This document shows positions 51,463-64,000 of a stretch of DNA of 64,000 bases, piece after piece. The stretch's first letter is position 1. Each line of letters opens with the position of its first letter. The notes beneath the pieces were generated by a model. That model did not search any database and was not told where the DNA came from. It was given only the letters and a program-made list of their open reading frames with translations. The DNA is from Eledone cirrhosa (lineage: Eukaryota): the NCBI GenBank assembly GCA_964016885.1, contig OZ024745.1, positions 43,214,001 through 43,278,000 on the forward strand. The letters run 5' to 3'. The translations under genes were made by a program, and so were the position numbers.

Positions 51463-51835
51463 TTACACATTCACGCATTTGCGCACACACTTAAACAGAC
51501 ATGTAAAAAACCCCTTTTAAAGGGAGACTACTCTTTATCCACCTAACCTTAACTCTTTGACATTAGAGATAGAACAGATACTCTATACCATTTCCTGTCA
51601 GCATGACTTGGCAAGCTATTTAGAACACTGGTTTAACCGCTTTCCTTCCCTCCGAAGAAGAGATATTATCTCGAAAATTAAGGACATTTAAATAAATCTA
51701 AGGTAAAAGCCTAATTGTCAACAATATCTTTTGCATTTTTATTCTATGTCCATACCTGCATTGTTTTGGCTTTACAAATTCAAACGTTTATACCTCATTA
51801 CACAATGCTTCAAGTGAACTATAACTTCCTCCATA
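50886..51835 (+). mobile_element. 3' fragment of a Penelope-like element (GIY-YIG domain and pLTR)
   Basis: IYECDKCSNFYVGSSTRPLHIRIKEQ...LRIKEALII...PPINNR. A degenerate hammerhead CCGAAGA-aGAGATattATCTC-GAAAATTA lies at ~51652-51680. Confidence 0.75.
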
Positions 51836-52465
51836 TATATATATATATATATATATAAATGAAAATATAGAAATTAATGTGAGCAAGAAGCCAACAGTAT
51901 TTCATAATATATAAGTGACTATAACGTCAAAATGGAAAATAATTAACGTAAGATATGGGAAAATAATTCAAACTCAATTAAAAAAAAATCAAGACAGAGA
52001 TTTTATCCACAGATTTTGTGAAATCTAGGGAAAAAACCCAATAGAGTCTTAACTCAGAATAAAATAAAGTTTAAATACTCATCCTTCAATTTGGAAAAAC
52101 TACAAATGCTCTATATAGTTTTAAAAAGACTATTTCACGAAACTTTTCAGTGGGATTAGTCACGGTAGGAGTCGTTCTTCAGTAGAGCTCTACGCGATAA
52201 CCAAAAGTTCCACTGCCAAAATATGCCAAAAAGGGAATTTAAAAGCAGGCTAGTTCACCTCGTGCGGAATTATGAAAATAAACACACATGGAGAGACATG
52301 GCTGGTGACGTCAGAATGAGACGAATGTCTATTTACAAGAAACAGCAGTCAAAAATATTCCTAAAAGACTCTATAAAATGTAAGGAGATCAGCAAAATAG
52401 CAATATTATCGCGTTTTTTTTTAAAAAAAAGACCGGGATTAAGCACTCTAGGAAAAATTCCGAGT

Positions 52466-53226
<761 letters not shown>

Positions 53227-53313
53227 AAGTTATATTTAAAATTGTTGGGTTACAACTAGTAAATATTTATAACTGATATAAAAGCACTCGACAAATACTT
53301 GGAGTATATTTAC

Positions 53314-53639
53314 AATATTAAATAAATGGAAAACTATATTTATAAAACCATATCTATTTCATTATATATATTTCGGGGATATCATATTAACAATATGCTA
53401 TGCCTTCATCAGACAAAATACAATATAAACAGTTTTATAGATAAATATATTCGACAGAGTAAACCTCTTCAAATGAAGTTGATGTTTATTACGGTATGTC
53501 GAATATATTTATCTATAAAACTGTTTATATTGTATTTTGTCTGATGAAGGCATAGCATATTGTTAATATGATATCCCCGAAATATATATAATGAAATAGA
53601 TATGGTTTTATAAATATAGTTTTCCATTTATTTAATATT
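53314..53639. repeat. Fold-back element (about 140-bp arms) with hammerheads on both strands (53355-53420 - and 53533-53598 +)
   Basis: TATTTTGT-CTGATGA-[stem II]-GAAA-TATATA-TA-ATGAAATA; 8-bp stem I with two GU pairs. Lies between (TA)n tracts. Confidence 0.85.
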
Positions 53640-53649
53640 ATTATTTAAT

Positions 53650-53727
<78 letters not shown>

Positions 53728-56700
53728 AGATGGATAAATTGGGTATAATACCAGTTTCTTACCAAATGCAAAGAAGCTCGATATATTAACCCTTTAGGAA
53801 AGAGCACAGAGCATAATTTTAAAAAAATTATATATATAAAGTAGCAGTGAAACTGGGGGGGGGGGAGGGAGGGGGGCATGCACCCTCCAATAATTATATT
53901 TTCTCCCTAAACTACCAAAATGCACATCTATTTGGCTATGCGCTACAATTTATGTACATGTTATGTTTATCGCATAGCAAAATTTTCTGACCATTTCAGA
54001 GTGTAAAGAACTAAACTAATCACTATAACTAAATTGTCCAAATTTGGCCACCCCAATACAGAAATGCTTCCACCGCCTCTGTATTGTTCACGCCAAATTT
54101 ACCGCCTAATGCAGATTAAACTAAATTTAGAATGTGAAACATTTTAATAGTTTTGTTATTTTTATTTTGTAGTTTATAGTCGTAAGTAACGAGCCAAGAA
54201 TATTTAATTGTTTTAATAATAAACCTGTGTAAGGAATAAAGCTTGTCAACACCATATACGGTAGACATGTTATTGTTTCCTAACTGAAAGGTGAGTAATA
54301 AAAAAAAGGGTATATATTACAACATTGTCAAAGTCGTGCTAAGGTTGTAGAAGCAGGTTTGTGTTCACACATAAACTATTTCTCAACCAAACTTAATCCC
54401 TGTCCGCCCGAATATCATTAACAATGCAAAAACTAATTTATAAAAGAACCAGTCAAACTTTGACATAGAAACTAGCCAAATAGATTTATTTCAATGGCGC
54501 CAAACAAACGACTTTGTGAACGTCAATATTTATTTAGTTATCAACGATATATTTTGAGAGTAAGCAGGACACAAATTAAACAATACGGATTATACTGAGA
54601 ACATAGAAGTGATTAATAGCAGGGACCAGATATAACCATCACGCCCTTGTAATTGCCAAACAATTAGCAATTAGTAGCAGCAACAGAGTTCTAGTTTCAT
54701 TCAACTCGATTTTATCTAAAAAAATCCAGTCGAATTTACTTTGCCTTTTATCCCGTTCATGCATCTATAAGATTAATGTGACGATTCAGTTGACTATACC
54801 CAGGGTCGGATTAAACAAACTAGGGGGTATTTGTCTAAAGGACGTTGGCCAGCGTGTTTATATTATATCGGGTCCATCATTATAGGTATATAGGAGAAAG
54901 TAACTACATTACAACCTAATTCAACAATCTGGTTTTACGAACATTGGTGAAACACAAACTAATAAACCCCAAATAATGTCATTTCTCACATTAATCTTAT
55001 ACAAAATAAATAAATTAGATCTGATGTTGCTAGCCATACGAAAAAAAAAAAAAAAAAAAAATCGCCAAATGCCTCAATATATATTCCAAACAGGACTGGA
55101 TCCTCTTTGGAATATATATTGGCGCATTTGGGGACTTTATTTGTGCATACAATATATAACTTGTTTTTGCCTCAGTACCAAGTTAGTAAACATCATTGAA
55201 GATGGATAAAAATCCCTCGTAGAAGTGGCCGAAGTCAGGGGCGCTAACCCTACCCACTTCCGTCCTTGATAGCAGCTCTTTTTTTACGCTCCAAACTTTT
55301 ACCAGTAAGGAAGCCAATCCTACTGTACCCTAACGTGCAGCAACTCGATGGATTGCATTATCAGTAGAGGGACGGACGCCATGCTTTGCAGCATAGAGTT
55401 ACGGCTCTTTACGGTTCGAGTTCAAATCCTGCCGAGGTTAACTTTGCCTTTCATCTTTACAGGGTCGATAAAATAAAGCAACAGTAATGCACTGGGGTTA
55501 ATTGCTGGCCTTGTGCCAAAAGTAGAAACAATTATTTGGGGGATACGGTTAGATGTAAAAGGAATTCTAGCCACCTCAAAACTAAAATTCTTAGTCTTAT
55601 TGAATACACTGGTCAGAATAGACCCATTGCCCGCTTCAATGGTGACGTCTAAACAACTTTATTTACATTATAAACATTCCTGCTCACCTCTAAACTATTA
55701 TGATGAATTCTATGCAGTCAATCCTTGAAATGCCTGTAGACCAGAACAAAAACATCGTCCATGTACCTACAATACCCTCCAACATGTCTTTATTTGCAGC
55801 GGAGCAAAAGCTATTTTCTTCACATTTAAAGTTCTGTGTAGCCCAGACTTCTGCTTTTGAAGCCACAAAACCCTTTACAATTTGTCAACATAACCACTAT
55901 TGTATATGCTTTCATACACGCCTTTATTGTATATTTTAATGTATGAGTGATGTAAGTAAACAATAGTCAAATCTCTCCCACTATCTACCCACTCATTTTT
56001 CATCGTATTGAATGTAAGTTTCATGCCCTATCTTAAAATAGTAAAGTCCAACTCAATATGCCCTCTATCCATCCCATTTATTTGTTACAATATTCAGTTA
56101 AATGTTAGTCCTCAACTCTCCCACCTTTCTTACTTTAGGTTGTAACTTTTGTTCCTTTCTCTGTCCAGCTGTCTGTCTCTCTCGCCTCCACCTCTCTCTA
56201 CTGTATAATTCTTTAGCTAGACTTTGCCTTCTCTCTCATGCTCCCGCTAGCTCTTTGCATCTCTTGGTTGTGGCCACACGCTCACAACATACGCACACAA
56301 TATCACATGTTCTTTTAATATATCTATCTTCATTAATGATCATTTATAATAGCTGCCTAACCCTTTAATTTATCTTGAAACACAAAAAAAAAAAAAAAAA
56401 TTGTTGGCACAGACATCTCTCACTTGTTCCCATTCTCTCTCTCTCTCTCCATTCGTCCTTTTCGCTTTTATGACTACTTTTCACTACTGCCACCATCCCC
56501 ACCTCTTCGTGACCCATAAAACATTCATACATTTATACATTTATACATTTGAGAATGACTTCTCTATGAAGTCTTAAATATCAAACCACACCTATATTAT
56601 CAAGTATTTGTCATCGCTTCTCTTCTCTCAGTATGTGCTTGTCTTCGGCTCTTAACACAAATGTGTTCTCATTACGTAATAGTTATGGCAAACAGTGAAA

Positions 56701-57519
56701 CAGAAGTGACTGGAAAGAGAAAAGAAAGAAACAAGCGGGAGAGGGAGAAGGAAGAGAAAAATGAAACAAAATAAAAGACGATAGATATATTTCTTTATTA
56801 GCCACAGGGGCACAAAAGAAGGGGACAAATACAAAGGGGGAAGTTTACATACAATAAAAACGTGTAAAATGTTATCACAGATGGAATTTAAAAGTTAGTC
56901 GATTTTGTAAAAGAATTAGATAGGCAGAGTAGTATATACGAGGAAGAAAGTGAGACAAAGAGAACATAAAAAAGAGAAATTTTTCCTCAATCCTGTCAAC
57001 TTTACGTCATTGCTCCATCTATCTACACCCCTCCTCCAGAGTAGAACGAGAAAAAGGGACGCTAGAACTAGCTTACTCTTCTAACAATGGTCGTCTGGCC
57101 ATGGTCGCTTGCCAAATGCAAACGTTTTGTAGAGCAACAACATAAGCAAACAAATGCAAAGATTGTTTTGTAAATTTGAACAAGTCTCTCACACTGTTTA
57201 TTTTATCTTATATTTATTGTACAGTACTTATATTTGAACTCTCTTTTTCTTTGTTTGTTTGTTTGCTTGTTTGAAATACCGAAAATGAATGAGAAAAAAT
57301 TTAACTACTGAGACACGTTTTAACAAGAATTTCACAAACATTTATTTTTATAGACTTGTTGGAGAAGTTAACAATACAGGGATGTTAACCTTAGGGTGTA
57401 TGTAAAGACGAAGGGATAGGAACGTTGTTAATGGGGAGAAAAATATTTGAATAGAATTTAAAGAAGAAAAGGTATATATATACGCATATATTCATTGATG
57501 ATGATGATGATGATGGTGG

Positions 57520-57551
<32 letters not shown>

Positions 57552-57662
57552 CAAGTGGTAATGGTAGTGGAAGTGGCGGCGTTAGTAATTTCTTGCTGAT
57601 AGCAATATGATGGTTATAAATAAAATATAAATGGAAAATATTTGATTTTCCGGTTGTTTTGT

Positions 57663-57806
<144 letters not shown>

Positions 57807-58489
57807 TCTAACTTCTTCAGTTGTAAAGGAGTTTGGTATGTTTACGTCCACGAAACCGTTTGATAATGCACAACATTGTGTTGATGGCTTTTTTCTTTCA
57901 TTTGTACCCACCCTTGCGTATTTGTGTCTAATCTTTTATTCTTTTATTCTTTTTGTATTCTTTCCAACGTTCTAACAACTCTGCCAATTCGCCACATCAC
58001 CTTCAGTAGTATATTGGTAGGAAAACTCTTTCTTTCGCTTGTTTTTTTTTCTTGCTTTTTCATTTTGTTGCTGCTTTTTTTCTGTCCCGCTTGAAGGCAT
58101 TGGAGTATATTTTTTTCACTTTACAAGAAATAAAAAGTTGAGCATTAAAACGTACAATTGATTCTACAATGTTACGAGTATCAATCAAAACACAGTAGCT
58201 TCCTGGAGTAAATCTCTTTTGGCGAGTCGTCTGTGTTAAGTCATTTCCACTACGAACTCTTCCTTTTTTACTTACGCATTACAAGGGGATACCTCTGTTA
58301 CTCTAGCTGGAATTTTTTTTAAAACCTAATTGAACCACAGAATTCACTGATCACCAATAGACACGGCATTTTTTCTTTTAATTGAAGGAAGATTATAAGC
58401 CCCACAAAAAACGTTTTTCACCATTTGTCAATTAAATTAGGCTGCAAATCAAAGATGGGAGAATCAATTCCATGTCAATATATATATAT

Positions 58490-58713
58490 ATAGAATAGAA
58501 AACGAAAAATCAGTGATGCATCTGAACTCATTTTATTGTGTGTTACAATTGTTTCGCCGGCAGACAGGTCGAGACACGATCATTGTGTGGATCTGTCTGA
58601 TTCTGGAGGTTCGACGGACACGTCCAGAATCAGACAGATCCACACAATGATCGTGTCTCGAGCTGTCCGCCGGCGAAACATTTGCATCACTGATTTTTCG
58701 TTTTCTATTCTAT
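58490..58713. repeat. Fold-back element next to (TA)n
   Basis: Outer arms 58490-58520 and 58683-58713; inner arms ~58550-58607 and 58624-58681. Confidence 0.8.
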
Positions 58714-58782
58714 CATACTCTGCTCTGTAAGAGCATAGAGTGCTCAACCGGCATACCGCCTATGGAAGCATCTTAGCTACCA

Positions 58783-58880
<98 letters not shown>

Positions 58881-59250
58881 ACACATATATATAAACAAAT
58901 AAATTATTTAAAAAAAAACGTTTTGTTTCGTTTTTATTAAATGAAACCTTTATATTCAGATACAATGGATTTTTTTTTACGGTAGTGTACACCCAAGTGG
59001 AGACCGGATAATAAGATTTCATTATTTCATGAATTATGCATCCAGATTTGTTAACGTTCAATATCATTCTTTCGTTATAATCAGATTTGCATATGCGCCT
59101 ATTATGAATCACGCTATGTTAGTGCTACTTCTAATTAATACCAGATTGTCAAGCTCGCACTATATGCAAAATGTGAGCATCTTATATGTATCATACGCAA
59201 AATCTATATAAATTACAGCTTATTCTTGCTTCAGTACCGAGTAAGTAAAC

Positions 59251-59293
59251 GTCACTGAAGAAGGATAAAAATCATGAAACACTAGTGTCTGGT
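59251..59293 (+). ncRNA. Minimal hammerhead ribozyme motif
   Basis: GTCA-CTGAAGA-aggGATaaaaATC-like stem II-GAAAC-ACTAGT-GTC-TGGT. 4-bp stem III and GUC triplet; stems I and II are weak. Confidence 0.6.
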
Positions 59294-59409
59294 GTTCTTA
59301 CATGGCTACCAAGACAGCTATGAAATGATCACAGCTTAAAACGCCCATAGCGAGAGCCATGTAAGTTTATTCAAAATTACATTGTATATGATTTCAGTTA
59401 GTGTTACTG

Positions 59410-59440
<31 letters not shown>

Positions 59441-59479
<39 letters not shown>

Positions 59480-60229
59480 TTTCATGCGCATCACGTCACC
59501 GTACCAACGTAGTCTTCTCTCGAGTAAACAACATCTGATCCCTCTTATTCCTAATTTCTCCTTAGTTCGTTTATGCTTTGCCGTTCACGTATATTACTAT
59601 TACACATCCAGCGGAGCATGCAAGCTTCGTTTCTCTCCAGTCTGCGTATATCCTCTGCATACAATGCCCAGTTCTCACTGCCATGTAACATTGCTGTTCG
59701 TATGCAGGCATCATACAGCCTGCCTTTCATTTTTAGAGAGAACCCTTTAGCGGCCAATGGTGGTATAAGCTCTCTGAACTTTTTCCACCCCATTCTGACT
59801 CTAGCTACTGTACTTTCAGAGCACCCTCCACCACTGCTGATTTTGTCACCCAGGTAATGGAAGGTGTCCACTATTTCTATAGAACCATCTGTGCAATGGA
59901 ATGAGCTAGTATTCTATGGGCACTTGCTGCTACTTATTGCACCAGAGCACCGGCCACATATAAAATATACGTTCTTAGTTAGCTTACCTGTGATCCCACT
60001 ACATCTTTTATGCACCCACCTTTGCATTTGGGACATAAGATGAAGTTTCTGCCTACTCCTTTCCTACACACTGAGCATGGCCATTTCCCAGATGGGACCG
60101 GTGCCCTATTTTCCTTCCTACAAACTAGAACTTTAGTCTTAGACAGGTTAATTTTAAGGCCTTTTGATTCTAGGCCATGCTTCCATGTTTGGAATTTCTT
60201 CTCTAGTTCAGCCATTGATTCAGCTATGA
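59441..60229 (-). mobile_element. Degenerate RTE LINE fragment (relative of 5240-6726)
   Basis: GLKINLSKTKVL, PSGKWPCSVCRKG, FHYLGD and RLYDACIRTAMLHGSE. (GAT)n tail; flanked by (TA)n. Confidence 0.85.
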
Positions 60230-60390
60230 TATATATATATATACTGAAAAATCAAACAAATCAAAGCAAAACAAAACAACAACAAACACATTAGAAAGAA
60301 ATCATCATGATAGTCTGATGATTTCTTTTGAATGAAACAGTTCTAGTCCTGTAGAAGCCATGTTTATATTAAACTTTATGTTTACACTCT

Positions 60391-60514
60391 AGTAATGTAT
60401 TGGGTGCCTTATTAACTATGGTTACCACCAATTGAATCCGAGTCTTCACACACACACACAGTCCCGGGTTCAATCGTGGGTAACCACAGTTAGTAAGGTA
60501 CTCAATACATTAGT
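60391..60514. repeat. Imperfect palindrome with a (CA)n loop
   Basis: TAATGTATTGGGTGCCTTATTAACTATGGTTACCCACAATTGAA versus TTCAATCGTGGGTAACCACAGTTAGTAAGGTACTCAATACATTA; the mismatches are mostly transitions. Confidence 0.7.
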
Positions 60515-60682
60515 ATTTGTAGAGCGATGAACAGATATCTCGTATGTATCGTGGTATGGCCCACCGCTCTACACTGAAACATATGTAGAATAAAGATATG
60601 TTTTAAGTATAACTTGGTTCTTCTCCCTCTCTCTCCCTCTCCCCCTATCTCTCTATCTCTCTCTCTCATTATATATACATAT

Positions 60683-60745
<63 letters not shown>

Positions 60746-60784
60746 TATTGAAGTTTGCTTGAAGCATTGTGGAACAATAAGTAA

Positions 60785-61462
60785 ATATCTTTAAGTCGTT
60801 TGGAAGCCTCGACAATGCAAATGGGTAAATCTCCGGGTAACAAGGTCCGGTGGTGGAGAGAGAGATGTAAGTGGGTGTACGTTGAGATGCGTGGTGTGTA
60901 TAAGATGTGTGAGATGTGTAGAATGAAGGGAAGAGTATAAAGGATAGAATAAAAATAACAACACAAGAGAGAGTTACCTTGGGAGAGATTTAATAGTCCC
61001 TATATATTTCGGATTCACATCCATCAACTGAGGTTTTTTCCGGGGTGGGGGAAAAGGTTGTCTGTCGGACAGGTCCGGAATGCGTCCTTCGCTGTTTTTT
61101 GTTTTGAATATTGTTTTGAATATTGTTTTGAATATTATGATATTCAAAACAACAAACAGCGAAGGACGCATTCCGGACCTGTCCGACAGACAACCTTTTC
61201 CCCCACCCCGGAAAAAACCCCAGTTGATGGATGTGAATCCGAAATATATAGGGACTATTAAATCTCTCCCAAGGTAACTCTCTCTTGTGTTGTTATTTTT
61301 ATTCTATCCTTTATACTCTTCCCTTCATTCTACACATCTCACACATCTTATACACACCACGCATCTCAACGTACACCCACTTACATCTCTCTCTCCACCA
61401 CCGGACCTTGTTACCCGGAGATTTACCCATTTGCATTGTCGAGGCTTCCAAACGACTTAAAG

Positions 61463-61466
<4 letters not shown>
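60785..61466. repeat. About 680-bp near-perfect palindrome in (TA)n with a hammerhead-like motif in each arm
   Basis: Arms of about 320 bp give mirrored ORFs in the track. The centre has a 12-bp TTGTTTTGAATA triplication. Motif CCC-CAGTTGA-tGGATgtgaATCC-GAAA-TATA-TA-GGG at 61218-61253. Confidence 0.88.
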
Positions 61467-61494
<28 letters not shown>

Positions 61495-62368
61495 ATTAAG
61501 TCAAACATGTAAAATTTGGTTTCATTTTATTTTAAATTATAGATATACTGCTATATATATTTCGGTGTCCGAATTGATGTGGGAAAGTATGTTTTACCCC
61601 GTCAATTGTTGTTGAAGTGTGTTTTACTCCGTCAATACATCGATATGTCCAGCTCCTGGTTGTGTTGTTATTTCTCTGAGGAACTGGAATCATATGAGTT
61701 AGAACAAACGAATTTCGGCGTCATAGGACACGCTCGCATCCCATTGGTCAGTTGTAAGAACATTCCTCAGTCAAAAGTCTATAGAAATTTTTCTGAGGCA
61801 AGACAATCTGTTGTAGTTGTTTTTTGTTTAAGTACAACTGACCTCATCCATTATGTTGGTAGTGATAGTGGTGTTAAGGGGTCAGCTGGCAGGTCAGCTT
61901 TAGTGTGCTACTGCTATGTTCAGAAGAATTTGCGTGTGTAGGTTGGCATCTATCCTACTACCATTTCACGTGGTGGTGGGTGCCAAAAAAAAAAAAAAAA
62001 ATGCGTGTGTGTTACAACCAATATCAAAATTTTAAAGATTTGAAACATATTAACTGAAGTAGAAAACCTGTGTCAGAATCGAGAAGTGTAAAGAATTACA
62101 ATTCTTATACTATCATCGAGTGGTGCGTTTTAAGAGCAAATGAGATAAAAGTGGAGTGTAAAACACCAAAAACCTGAGTGTCAAAACCCGGAAATGCAAA
62201 GGACTACAGTTCCTATTTCGGCATAAAGTATGTCAACGCACATCGTGTATGTCAACGCACATCGTCGCAAACACACACGCACAAACACAGGCTCAGGTGC
62301 ATTCCATATGTATATACACACACACACATTAGGTGCATTCTATATAAATATATACACACACATACACA

Positions 62369-62757
62369 TGTAGCGGTTGTCTCCCTTGTTTTGATTAGGA
62401 TCTAGACGGGAAGTGGAACCCTTTCTGCAACTTCCGGTCAGAGCCCTATAAAACTAACAACTTTAAGCTTCCTTTCTCTCATTGCCTTTTCGGCACCAGG
62501 TCAAGAGCCTTTCATTGGGCTCCGCCATTCATTTGGCCAACAAGCGCCTGGCCTTAGCCAGGCGTCCTCTGCCAGCCGCGTTTGCCTGGCAATCAAAAAC
62601 GGTAACTACTAACTTTGTTTCATTCTAACATCTATCTTTGACATGTCAAGTATACTATCTACCATTGTTAATTAAATATTATACACACAAACCATGTCTC
62701 GTTTTGTTACATTCATACAACCCAGCAAACTCGCTATATTGGTAACCCTGACGTGAT
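62369..62757 (+). mobile_element. LTR (62369-62738) followed by a tRNA-Trp primer binding site; Gypsy-like remnant
   Basis: Termini TGTAGCG...CGCTATA and TATA-like CCCTATAAAA at ~62445. TGGTAACCCTGACGTGAT at 62740-62757 differs at two positions from TGGTGACCCCGACGTGAT, the complement of the tRNA-Trp 3' end. Confidence 0.72.
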
Positions 62758-64000
62758 ACGAACACGCAGCCGTTCATCGCTATAAGTGGCCACCCCCCCC
62801 CAAAAAAAATAAAAAAATAGCACATCTGGTTTTGTGAGTAACATTACGAATACACAGCAAATTTAGCGACAAACTATGAAAATACTCAAGGACACGCACA
62901 CACGCACATGTGGAATTCGCACAGACAGACTTTTTCTCTCACGCATCAATTAACTGTCGCATTTCACCAATATATATATATGTTTCTCGTTTCTTACAAC
63001 GAACACTTTCAAAACAAAAAACAAAAAAAAAAACATTTCACGATATATATATATGTTTCTCGTTTCTTACAACGAACTCTTTCAAAACACAAAAAAAAAA
63101 AGAAATTTGATATTCTTTAAAAAAACATTTCAACAGGAACATTTATTTTCGATGAACCATTGCCTTTTTGTTCATCGTTTTCTTCATCGTTCAAGTTTTT
63201 TTTTTTTTTTTTTTTTTCCCAAAGTTCACACCAATAATTATGCTGAGTGAAGCCTTTCTTTTTCATCATTGTCACTTTCAAAATTGCACTATCATTTTCT
63301 CGCGCGTTAGAAATATTATTTTTTTCAACCTTGTATTGGCACGTGCAGGCAGCACAAATTCTCGATTCACAGAGATGTCTCTACTCACAGACAGCCGCAC
63401 GCCAGAGATAACATTTCTCACCAGGGATTCTTCAGCCTTAAGCTATATTCTTCTATTTGCCGGTTTATAAATTTACAATGTAAATTTACCGTTGATAACC
63501 GCGCATTTATTAAGAATGCTTATTTCTCTGGTCGCTGGCCTCTTGACCCTTCCAGGTCAACGCATTCTCAACATCGACCATCAACTTCGGCTGCTATTTC
63601 TAGCACTTTGCGCAACTCATTTTTTCTAAAAAAATTTTTTTTACTGTGAATTTAAACACCGAATACGCTCACTCAGCGAGACAACAGCAGCAGCAACAGC
63701 AATATAACAGCAACAGCAATACATCAATACAGCTTCACCAAAGCCAGAGAATTCATTTTTGCAGCACTCTTCCTGTGAGAAAATCCATTCGGAGGTTGGA
63801 AATTTCACGATATACCACAGAACAGAAACCACCTGCATTCATTCTCTGGAACACACTTTCTTTCCTGCTGTCATGTGATTGCACACCTGTGAACTATATT
63901 TTGAACTTTGAGCTCTTCTATTACTTTTACTTTATTACATTGTATCTTTGGGTGATGGATAGATGGATGTCCAGTCGTTCTCTGGCCAAGAGCGGTTGGC

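Noticed and set aside
63680-64000. Possible exon at the right edge (open frames on both strands)
   Set aside because: No recognisable protein motif, and the window ends before splice sites or strand can be established.

Overview
AT-rich, microsatellite-laden animal DNA, not prokaryotic. The SINE and LINE families suggest a mollusc, probably a coleoid cephalopod such as Octopus (inference). Host genes: two minus-strand coding exons of a CRIP-type LIM gene (23960-23999 and 3230-3324, separated by a 20.6 kb intron), and an intronless, divergent EB1/MAPRE-like ORF (967 to beyond the left edge) that the ORF track missed. Most of the rest is mobile DNA: an intact-looking two-ORF Tx1/L1 LINE sitting between two R4/Dong fragments in one (AAT)n tract, RTE LINEs carrying a PHD finger, CRE-like fragments, a Naiad-like Penelope element with an inverted pLTR, a Gypsy-like LTR with a tRNA-Trp primer binding site, many tRNA-derived SINEs, MITEs and two minisatellites. 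The most striking unannotated signal is about 15 minimal hammerhead ribozyme motifs from several unrelated families. Many lie in short non-coding fold-back (palindromic) elements inside (TA)n tracts, so they are present on both strands. All motifs and coordinates were read by eye; repeat boundaries are approximate.
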